Assembly (NCBI GenBank): GCA_951406725.2
Contig: OX597821.1
Coordinates: 4,464,001-4,528,000 of the forward strand
Source: Octopus vulgaris
Taxonomy: Eukaryota
Reading direction: 5' to 3'
DNA length: 64,000 bases
This document shows, piece by piece, positions 53,443-64,000 of the stretch (the first letter of the stretch is position 1; each line of letters begins with the position of its first letter). The notes beneath the pieces were generated by a model, which saw only the letters and a program-made list of their open reading frames with translations, was not told where the DNA came from and did not search any database. The position numbers and the translations under genes are program-made.

Positions 53443-54493
53443 CGAGGTCTCATCAATAAGTATCCGAACTGTTGCTATAGTAACGAAGCTGAAGCACGCA
53501 GAGTGAAGCTACTTGGCAAAGATTGACCCTGAACTCTGCTGCTGTAAGTTTTAACGTTCTAGCTCACTTCTGCTGTTTATAGCAGTACTTGGAAAGAACG
53601 TGTGTAGTGTGTGATCGTCGCATTGACCATAACAGAGGAAGTTGAAGGGGGCGATCTGGCAGAATCGCTAGCACGCCGGGCGAACTCCTTAGCGGTACTT
53701 CGTCTGACTCTACGCTCTGAGTTCAAATTCCGCCGAGGTCGACTTTGTACCAGTTACGCACTGGATCAATATAATCGACTTAATCCGTTTGTCTGTCCTT
53801 GTTTGTCCCCTCTTATGGGCAGTAAAGAAATAAGAGAAAGTTGTCAAGGTGTTACCTGATCAGAGGCCGACGCAAATTTGCAGAACGTATATGGAGAGGA
53901 GTGTATCTGTGGTTCAGACGTTTCTAAGATGGCTGAAAAATATGCCGATTTTAATGAATTTCCGGAAGACCCGCAACCAGCAGCATTGAGAAAAACATCG
54001 CAACACGCTTGCAACTGTGCGGGGAAATCGTCTAATAACCAGCCGAGGGTGATCAGAGCATGCGCAGATTAGTTACTGTTCAGTTCAGTCTATCATCACT
54101 GAAGATTTGGGTATGAGACGCATGTCTGCCAAGTTTCTGCTAGAACTGGTTTCAGCTGACCAAAAGCAAACTCGCAAGATCTCCTTAATTCGGTTGAGAA
54201 CGATGAAAACGTTTTGAAAACTTTGCGTATGCCTCACAGCAGGTATCGCCGAGCTTTTGGCAAACTTTGATGCAGATTATCCGATCAACTTTCTGTGTAA
54301 TGGTCATTTCCGCGATCACACACTACACACCTTCATTCCAAGCACTGCTGTAAATAGCGGAAGTGGTTAGATCATAAAAATTAATGCGCATGTACAACAG
54401 AGTTGAAGATCAATCTGGGCCAAGCGGTTTCACTCCGCGTACTTTAGCTTCGTTACTATAGAAATTGTCTAGATACTTACTAATTAGACCACG
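53443..54493 (+). mobile_element. Mariner-derived non-autonomous element with long inverted ends and a nested SINE
   Basis: Ends TA-CGAGGTCT.. and ..AGACCACG-TA. 53443-53620 is inversely homologous to about 54310-54493. The interior has transposase N-terminal remnants (LQNVYGEECI; EDLGMRRMSAKF). Confidence 0.75.
53646..53835 (+). mobile_element. SINE family B nested in the mariner-derived element
   Basis: GGCGATCTGGCAGAATCGCTAGCACGCCGG..GAGTTCAAATTCCGCCGAGGTCGACTTTG. Confidence 0.75.
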
Positions 54494-54557
54494 TACATAC
54501 ATGCATACATACAGATAGTTAAATAGGTAGATAGATAGATTAGATATATAGATAGAC

Positions 54558-54601
<44 letters not shown>

Positions 54602-54654
54602 AATATAAATATATATATATATATATATGAATATATGTGTTTCTGTATACGTAC

Positions 54655-54727
<73 letters not shown>

Positions 54728-54876
54728 TGTATGTATGTATGTATGTATCCATGTATCTATGTATGTACGTATGTATGAACGTAAACGTGAGGAGGTTGTG
54801 TGGGTAGGTACCTGAGATCTTATGCATATATATGTGTGTGTATTTATATTCATGTGTGTATGCGTATTTCTATCTA

Positions 54877-55003
<127 letters not shown>

Positions 55004-55096
55004 ATATATAACAAATAGTGAGATATCAATCTGAGCAAAATATTTCATAGGCGCCCTGTTGGAACACCAAACATTATTACTTATGTTAGTATGTAT

Positions 55097-55149
<53 letters not shown>

Positions 55150-55151
<2 letters not shown>

Positions 55152-55518
55152 GCTTGCGCGTGGGTGATTAAACATCGGTATTCGTTAACGGTTACTTTTA
55201 ATACTTTTCTCGTTGGTTTGCTTGTACCTCTCACTTTTTGACATGTGACGTTTTAATTTGGATCTTCTATATAGTTGAAGCTATTTCCTTCGTCTGGCTG
55301 TTTTTCTTTCTATATAGCGATAACTTACATTGAGGGAGTGTTACTTTAACGAGCTGTATTTATTCATCCACTCGAGGAGATACATCTACACCGCCGGATG
55401 CTCCTGAACCCGTTATTGAGTGTCTCACCCCTGAGGAACCGATACTAGATATGACGAAACAATTGTCTTCATTAATAATAAATTCTCGTATATTCAATCT
55501 TCCTTCTTTCATTTCCGG
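55150..55518 (+). mobile_element. Penelope-like repeat with hammerhead-like motif (family H4), between (TA)n tracts
   Basis: TCACCC-CTGAGGA(55431-37)..GAC-GAAAC-AATT-GTC(55467). Confidence 0.45.
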
Positions 55519-55578
55519 TATGTATTTGTATATACATATATATACATTATATGTATATGTGGGTGTGTGTGCCTGTAC

Positions 55579-55669
<91 letters not shown>

Positions 55670-55810
55670 GTCCCGGGTTGAGTCGGGGTTAACCACAGTA
55701 AATAAGGTACTAATACATAGCACATACATAAAGAAATCATCAGGATGCAATTATATATACATTTAGGCAGGTTTAAATGGGTGGTGGTGGGGACTTTTTG
55801 GGGGGTATAA

Positions 55811-55964
55811 AACTGTCATATTAGGGGAGTGGTCAAAGGAATCGGTGGTAAAGTAGATAAAATAATAAAAAATAAAAAATATTTTATTTTTATTTTTATT
55901 TTATTTTATTTTTATATATCTATTTACCACCGATTCCTTTGACCACTCCCTAATAATGACAGTT
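55811..55964. repeat. Near-perfect fold-back (palindromic) element
   Basis: AACTGTCATATTAGGGGAGTGGTCAAAGGAATCGGTGGTAAA pairs with TTTACCACCGATTCCTTTGACCACTCCCTAATAATGACAGTT. The spacer is A-rich then T-rich. Confidence 0.9.
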
Positions 55965-56032
55965 CGTGCACCCAAGTCAGCCTAAATGTATTGGCTGCGA
56001 GTTCTAGTCCTCTCCTTCTATAAAATAAATTA

Positions 56033-56089
<57 letters not shown>

Positions 56090-56108
56090 TATACATACAC
56101 ATACACAT

Positions 56109-56154
<46 letters not shown>

Positions 56155-56378
56155 TTGGCTGCGAGGTAAGTAGCCCCCAACCACATGATTCTGGCTTCTG
56201 TCCCACTGTGTGGTACATTGGGCAAATGTCTTCTACTATAACCTCGGTCCGACCAGAGCCCTGTGAGTGGATTTGGTCGACGGAAACTGAAGGAAGGCCA
56301 TCGTGTATATGTATAGGTGTATGTGTGCCTGTGTTTGTCCCCATTGCATGGCCGTAGTCAAATGACAGAAAGAAGGAG
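56155..56378 (+). mobile_element. SINE family A, internally deleted
   Basis: TGGCTGCGAGGTAAGTAGC..TTGGGCAAATGTCTTCTACTATAACCTCGG..GCATGGCCGTAGTCAAATGACAGAAA. Confidence 0.7.
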
Positions 56379-57696
56379 AAAAATATACAAACACACTCAT
56401 ACAGAGAGCAACGAGGCAGGTGATTAACTTCTTTAGAGAATATTATTAATTGCTAGAAAAAATTAATATTATAAACTAAGCTTACTCTTTCCTTTTATTC
56501 TCTCATCTTATTCTCAACAAGTACTTACTACTCCATAATCTATAATAACACCGTCAAATCCTATGCTAGTTTTCTTTATATACTAACATTCTACATGAAA
56601 ATCAAAAACTAATATTTTGCCACAATTTCTTTGGTATTAAATATCCTTTTCTACTCTAGGAACCAATCCGAAACAACATCATTACAAAAGGAGCTTCTTC
56701 ACGACACAGCCATCATTGCATATGCTTTCTATATTATTTTTTTTTTATATTGTTAGCCAAAGTAGATCGTTGCGGGATTTGAATTCAGTGCAAAGGACCT
56801 CAGTCACAATGCTGTATGACATTCTACACGGACCTCTACAGATTCTATCCATTAACTGTGTAATTGGCCATAGAGATATTCAATCCGAACAATAAATAAC
56901 GAGATCAATTATTGGCACGAGGTGGTCTGCCAATAATGTACCCGGATGGCCCAAATTTGCACTTAACAACCGCACTTTATATAGAATCACAAACATTACC
57001 AATACGTCAATTAGTACACGGTGGAATTATATTTCACTGAATAGAGAGATGGTTCTTAGTTTTATAGATATATCGATCATGGAGAAAGGTGTTGCTAAAT
57101 CGATCTGAAAAGTATTTGGTATCAGATTCTACCGAAGCAACTGTCAGTAGCCCGATATATTTCATCCGGTACATTATGACATCGTGACGCGGAGATCATT
57201 GTGAAAATCAATCGGTATGAATAAAATATATATTGGTTTCTGATCAAGAAATAATATCTTAGAGTAATATTGTAGCATATTCTAATTTATACAACCAAGC
57301 ACTTGTTTGGCACAGCGTTGTATCAACCCCTAAAAGTTCAGAAACAACTTCGGGAGGATTTGAACTCAGAATTTAAATAGTTTGTCCGATATTTTAGTAA
57401 CTTTGCCAACACACTCCTTGATAATTAATTAATGCAATCATCACTGCAGAAAATATGAAAAGTGGATCCGAATATTATGAATTTTGATGGACTCCGTATG
57501 ATCTTATAACTGTAAGCTCAAATCTGTAGACGAGGGCAATTCATTTTAGTTTCGTTTTATTCATCAAAATTAAGTACTGGCTATTCCTAAGACACGCTGT
57601 GTATGTGTGTGTGTGTGCGTGCGTGCTTGTGTTTGAGTGTGTATGTGTATGTGTGTTGAGACAGGGTACTCAATTCCTATGGTGTATATTTTTCCG

Positions 57697-57992
57697 GGTG
57701 AAGGCGCGTGCCTTAATGGTTAGGGGCATTCGGCTAATGATCGTAAGGTCATGATTTCAATTCCCGTCAGCGCCGTTGCTCCAGTCCACTCAACTTGCAA
57801 AAAAGAGTAGTACCTGTTTCTCAAAGGGCCGGCCTTGTCACACTCCATGTGACACTAAATCTCCCCGAGAACAACGTTAAGTGTACACGTGTTTGTGGAG
57901 TGCTCAATCTCTTGCTCGTTAATTTCACGAGCAAGCTGTTCCGTTGATCGTATCAGCTGAGAGCCTCACAGTCGAAACCGACGGAGTGCTCC
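57697..57992 (+). mobile_element. tRNA-derived SINE (family D-related head and core, distinct tail)
   Basis: GGCGCGTGCCTTAATGGTTAG (A-box-like) and ATTTCAATTCCC (B-box-like). A degenerate reverse-complement copy of the tail lies at about 60780-60900. Confidence 0.65.
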
Positions 57993-58746
57993 TTTATATT
58001 TTTCCGGACAATCCACTTGTGTCTGTGGATTGTCAGTCTGTCTCATTGATACTAATATACAGTTGAGAAAACGGGACAAACTTGCAAAATACCATTTGCT
58101 CAAATACACTATGGATTATCCGTTCCGAGAAACGAAACCACGATGTGGTCTACAATAAAACTAAGCACGTGGCTGCGCGCCTTCACTTCCTTATATTGGG
58201 ATCAATAAAATAAGTATCAATCAAATGTTGGAAGCAATTAAATCCACGATATATCCTCAATACAATGATCTTGAGAAAAATCAATATTAGCAACATCGGC
58301 ACTGCATGCTTTCAAAGTTACAAATGAAAACCAGTAAAAATAGTAATAATAAAATGAGAAAAAACAAATTCACTGTACAACAGTATGAAATAAACTATTT
58401 GTATTAGATAAAATAATGGGATGTCCATGAAATATCGCTTAGTCAGACCTAATGTAAATAACAATGACTACATACAATGGCCTTAACTCCGAGACAAACC
58501 TTTCTCGACCAACGCCTTTTAATAAAAGAAGCGTGTAATCCGTGGAATTCTAAACAAATGTCTTCACGTATGTTTTATATTCTATATATACGGGTCTTTC
58601 TATGTTATTTATATATTTCTTCTTTCAGATCGAGTATGTTTACATTTTACTGCGCATGTGTATGTATTTTAATGCCTTCCACGTTCACTGAACGCTTGTG
58701 ACTGTGTGAATATTTGTCAGTATATTTGTTTATTACTGAAGTTTTT

Positions 58747-58766
58747 ATAATGATAATAATAATAAC

Positions 58767-58813
<47 letters not shown>

Positions 58814-58818
58814 CAACA

Positions 58819-58881
<63 letters not shown>

Positions 58882-58903
58882 ATTATTATTATTATTATTA
58901 TTA
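58747..58903. repeat. Head-to-head (TAA)n and (TTA)n microsatellites
   Basis: Strand switch at about 58820. Confidence 0.9.
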
Positions 58904-59840
58904 CATTTTCTTTTTCCTTTTTCCATAATCTCAGTCTATCACTGTCTCATCTGGATATTCGCACGGCACCAACGACCCTCTTTTTAGCAGGTCAAGCAAG
59001 TGTCTTGTTGGTTTTCTAAAATTCTTTTATTTTAGAATTACAGTCTGAATGTGTCAGACTGCATCATTCTTCCTGAGAGAAAAAAAAAAAAACGAATAAT
59101 AATAATAATAATAACAGTAATAATAATAAAGATAATAATTCTTTTAAAAATATGTGCTGCCATGCATATATAGATTAATGAGGTTTCCATGAAAACAAGA
59201 ACTGTAGCAAATATTTGCGCAGAGACTGGTGTGAAGAAGCTTCAATGCGTGTTTATTATCAGTTCACATAAGGCAAATGCAGTGTCAGATTCACCGTCTC
59301 CAAAGCCTCTCGCTTGCATAAACGAATCGGATTAAAAATGGCAGAGGAAAACATGCTTAGCTGAATTTTCTATTAAAAGTTGAAATCTCTTTATCTGATG
59401 AATAATTAAACACACAGAATAAATAGCAAAAGAAAAGAAAATTTAAATAAACAAATGTAAACAAAAGATTAGCGATCAATCTCTGCTAAATCTTTCACAC
59501 TAAATGAAAATACCACCAAAATGGATGGAGAAAAGAAGACAAAGCAAGGCAGAGCAATATGAGGTCACAGGAAAACACTACCTATCAAGCGTTAATTCTT
59601 TTCTACCGAGATAGTTGAAGGTCGTCTATGGTAAAAGACTTGCTCTTTATAACACATCACTCAGATAGTTAATGAGATGAAAATTTTCACCCATCAGCTG
59701 TATAGAAAGCTCAAAAGACCCCTGATTTCCAACCAACATTTCATTTTGCCGATGTCGAAATCGAAAAACCTTTCACTAAACATGTCAAGATCTAGATAAC
59801 AGCATGCCTACAGCGTACACACAGCCCAAGATAGAGGCAA

Positions 59841-59900
<60 letters not shown>

Positions 59901-60125
59901 CAGCAGGAGGGAGAGGGAAACAGAGAGGAAGAGATGAAATGAGAGTGTGGCAAGACTTTATACACGGACATAGACATATACACACCTAAACTCAAACATA
60001 TGTGTGTATGTGTGTGTGTATGTGCGTGTGTTGTGCATGCACACAGACACAGAAACATAAGTATGTATATATATATATATATATATTGGAATAGGCATTC
60101 ACACATACACACAAGCACATAAATA

Positions 60126-60189
<64 letters not shown>

Positions 60190-61204
60190 AATAGCCATTC
60201 ATATCTTAATGCATATGTAAATACGTGTGAGAAAGCAGCATTTGCATGTTTATATAACATAACATTAATCAGAATGCTATGCTAGACTGCCTTGTTTTCC
60301 TTCGTTTTATTCCGTTTTATTTTGCTTCCTTCATTTGCAGCCAACACCACAATGGAATATAACCATACCGAGCAGGATTTATGGAGGGAATGTGTATCGT
60401 TAACATACGAGTAGTTATCTTCACAGTAAACTGCATGTTGCTGAATTAACTCCGCTATCTCTCCGCATCGTGTTTTTTCACCTCCCAGATATGAGTCTGT
60501 TCTACCGTTAAGCATATCTATATGTTAAATAAGTCTGTAAGAACAATGCTTTTAATATAAAGCACAAGAGAATATTGTACATGTTACATAGTTTCCTTTA
60601 GAAATTTGATATAAATCTCATTGAATTTCGATAGTGTACCTAGAGGCGGTTGGTGTGTGTTACCCTTAATGAAGTGAGATATTTATTCACTAGCTTCAGC
60701 GATAACAAATGTATTTCGATTTCAATTTCTGCTTTTAACTCTTCCCAATCACTTGAAATGATATGAGGACGAAGATGGATCTCCGTCGTTCGGCGATGCT
60801 GGATGGGTTGTTTGAGCAACTGAATTACCCGTGCGTTGAATTAGCATGTAAATGGCTGATTATTCGAGAGATATGTGTATTTAAACGTAAATTTCAGACA
60901 AAATATTTCTGAGCAAATGTGTGAAAATGGCTATACTGTTAACTTAAATGTATAATCCATCTGACGTACTCGTATAAACTTGGTGTTTGCCTAACTTAAA
61001 TGGAGATTATGCTCAATCCGAGGCTGTAGAAAATGTCGCTCTTGGTCTCAAAGTGCACTTCTTAACTATTCGGCCTTACTTCGCCTAATTAATCTAATAG
61101 TTGTGAATCTCCTTCAGATTAAAATAAGGAGAATAATATCTTAAACATTTCGGTAGTACTGCACATACTTGAAAAGATATTAGCACTATGAAAGGCATGG
61201 AAAA

Positions 61205-61410
61205 AGCGGTGAGCGAGCAGATTCGTGAGAGCATTGGAAGATAATTCGTTGTGGTATCAATACGTTCTGCTATTAAACTCCACCGAGATCCACTTTCCTT
61301 TCGTGATTTCGGTGTCGAGGAAATCTATAACAGTCGTGTCCTGGGATTGATAAACTGACATACTCCGCTTCATCAAATTTGCTGGCCTCAAGCCAAAATT
61401 AAAAAAGGAT
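61205..61410 (+). mobile_element. SINE family B, degenerate
   Basis: GCGGTGAGCGAGCAGATTCG..CCGAGATCCACTTTCCTTTCGTGATTTCGGTGTCGA. Confidence 0.45.
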
Positions 61411-63374
61411 TATTAAACGTAAGAATGTCAACAGAACCCTTGGTGCTCGCGGAGTCTGTTAAAAATATGAACCAAATATCCTACAATACACCCTCAGTAT
61501 CATCTTTAGCCATGTTGCAAAAGAAATGTATCGTTCGTTTTTTGAAATACATTGGTTTGGTTAATTTTGGCTTCAGGATCCAAAATAAAAATAATAATAG
61601 CAACAAAATGAATATTATGCAGTGTTAAGGAAAACAAGTAGAATCAGTCTATCGTAGGTGAAAACTTTATGTATTATCTATCTTTTTGTTTGTTTCCTGG
61701 CGTCTATTAAATTAGGTTCACTGTCAAAACAATATAAAAAATAGTGGACTATTTATTGAATATTTCAGATACGTATTAATACTTGTCTATAAAGTGATTT
61801 TGTCAACAGCAGTATGTTAAATGAGAAGCGGTTACATTTAACCATCTACAAATACAAAAAGACGATTAATTTGAAAATTCATTATTTTTTCAGATGTCAA
61901 AAGTGTGTCATACAATACAAAACATTTGGCTAACTCAACAGTTTCATAACTAAGCAATGTCAGTGACCATGTCGAAATTGTGCGAAGAAAATTTGAACAA
62001 TTTTCTATTCATATGCCATGCCTACAGGTGTCGGTGAAAATCACTTTCATGTCTTCCTGCCCAACATATAACATGATTAGACCGATACTCTTGAAGGCAG
62101 CTCAAAACCCTATCATCGAACTGCGGTGGTAGTTGAATAATATTCTTAATACCGCAATTTACTCACACGCAGCAAATTTCAAAGCTTGTCGCTAATCCAG
62201 TTCTTGACTAAATTTAAAATTGATAACGTCTCTGAAGACGACTGGTCCCTGGCTGCAACTCGTAGAAAAAAGTTTGCATAAAAATTTTGTAGCAAAGTTA
62301 CAGGAGAGTAAGAAACGCCTCCAGGCAGGTTTAGATCTAAATAATTTTTTTTAAGCAATATATATTTATCTTAGCTTCAATGACAGAAAACGGCATGAAG
62401 AATTTCATAGCTTTGGTATGAAAATGTTGTGAAAAAAATATGAGACAAAAAGTTGGATATAAGTATAATTAGCTTCTATATTTTAAAAAACGAACAATAT
62501 TTTAATTAAACTTAAATGATTCATCTCGATACGAGGAATTTCAAGGTATCTATCTCATGGAATGAAGTTTTAAAAGAAAAAAAGTTATTAGTCTTTCTTT
62601 CTCAAATCTGAGGGTGATAATATAGTTATATAAGAGAGGACTTTTAATATGTATCACCGGCATCATTGAGGTGAGGAAAAAACTATCAACAACACCGCTA
62701 ACTGATATGTTTGACACATTATTAATTTGCATAATACCATAGCCTGCTAAACGCATGGATTTCATGGAAAGATGCGAGCAACAGAAGTAATATTCTGAAG
62801 ATTATAAACCTGGAAAGGTAAAGAACTTGGAAAACTTGAGGACAAGTTATTACATCTTGTAAAGTACAGAACAACAAAATTCTTACTTACAATATTGCAG
62901 CTAATTATAAAATTTGAATAGTAATTTAATTTTAATTTACAAAGTAACATTATAATTAAAAAAGTTACTATCATTTTATTTAAATATTAACACGCTAGAA
63001 TACTATAAAAATGAGAGCCAGACGTACCCATATAACTAAAGTTTTATAGAAAGTAGAATAGTATATTTAGTAGGCAAATTCATTATGTAAAAAGATAGGT
63101 ATTGTGTGATGACTTGTAAATGAAAACACTTGGCAATATCTTAGGCAACAACTCAAGCAAATTTTACTGTGAATTTGTTGTTACTGTAATATAATACCAT
63201 TTGTTTGTATCATTCTACTTATTATACTATATAATTATGTATTTCTATTATTTTTATAAAGATAAAACTTACTTGGAAAAGGATGCGTGGCGTTCGATCT
63301 TATAATAATAGAAATAATATATAAATATATGCATATATACATACATATATCTACATGCCTACAAAAAATGTATA

Positions 63375-63570
63375 TATACAAGGCATAAAAAAACGTTGAA
63401 CACAATGAAAAACGAAATCATAACTAAATCATAGAAACGAACTTTTTCGAACAAGGTAAACAAACAAACAAAGAGAGAAAAGAGACATACAACATAAAGA
63501 CTATTCCCCTTCTTCAATTGTCCCTGTTTCAACTACTCCACGTTCCGAAGGCAAGGACAATACGATTTTC
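63375..63570 (-). mobile_element. Family H3 repeat, second degenerate copy
   Basis: GAACACAATGAAAAACGAAATCATA..CCCTTCTTCA..GTTTCAACTACTCCACGTTCCGAAGG matches 22908-23055. Confidence 0.55.
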
Positions 63571-63823
63571 GAAATCGTATTACGTACTTGAATTTATTCT
63601 TAATTTCGAAGATATTTTTCTAATATTTATGAATAAATTTTCTATTTCAACTTATTTCCGACAATTCGTCGTATATGATAAGTAGACATTATATGCTACT
63701 ACCATATTCCACGTTTCAACATTCTTTCGTTGTGTGTATATACTATCGTATAAAACTATGTAATATTTTGATTTGTTTCAAAATTACGATTCTGGATGTT
63801 GTCGGCAATTGCGACATAATGTA

Positions 63824-64000
63824 AGACCCTTACCTCCATGTGAGGATAATGTGTATTTGTTGATGTGTGTCGATCGCTTTTCGAGATGGCCCGAGGCTTA
63901 TCCGATAAAAGACGTATCTGCAGTAACTATAGCAAAAACCTTATTTACCAATTGGATGTCTAGATTTGGCATCCCAAATACAGTGACAACAGATCGTGGT
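63824..64000 (+). pseudogene. Gypsy/Ty3 LTR-retrotransposon integrase core fragment (runs off the window end)
   Basis: The open frame reads RPLPPCEDNVYLLMCVDRFSRWPEAYPIKDVSAVTIAKTLFTNWMSRFGIPNTVTTDRG, matching the rve motifs GPLP, VDRFSRWPEA and RFGIP..TTDRG. Confidence 0.88.

Overview
AT-rich, microsatellite-saturated eukaryotic non-coding DNA (intergenic or deep intronic). The repeat complement resembles an octopod cephalopod genome (inference from repeat types, not verified). I found no convincing host protein-coding exon, and almost all ORF-track entries are microsatellite translations. The real content is mobile DNA. (1) At 1.2-6.5 kb there is a nest of R4/Dong-clade non-LTR retrotransposons (reverse transcriptase plus restriction-like endonuclease) from three subfamilies, all on the minus strand and each flanked by (TAA)n; one has an uninterrupted RT frame of about 640 codons. 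(2) There is a decayed R4-clade copy and CR1-, RTE- and Gypsy-type relics. (3) There are several Tc1/mariner elements and a hAT-type MITE. (4) There are many tRNA-derived SINEs. (5) Several short repeats carry hammerhead-ribozyme-like motifs, often with inverted ends, as expected for Penelope-like elements (PLEs). The most interesting signals are a possible tRNA-head/(TAA)n/hammerhead-tail element acting as a landing pad for Dong, a bulged hairpin shared by the three Dong 3' UTRs, a type III hammerhead fold inside a perfect inverted repeat, and hammerhead variants with a CUGUNGA core.
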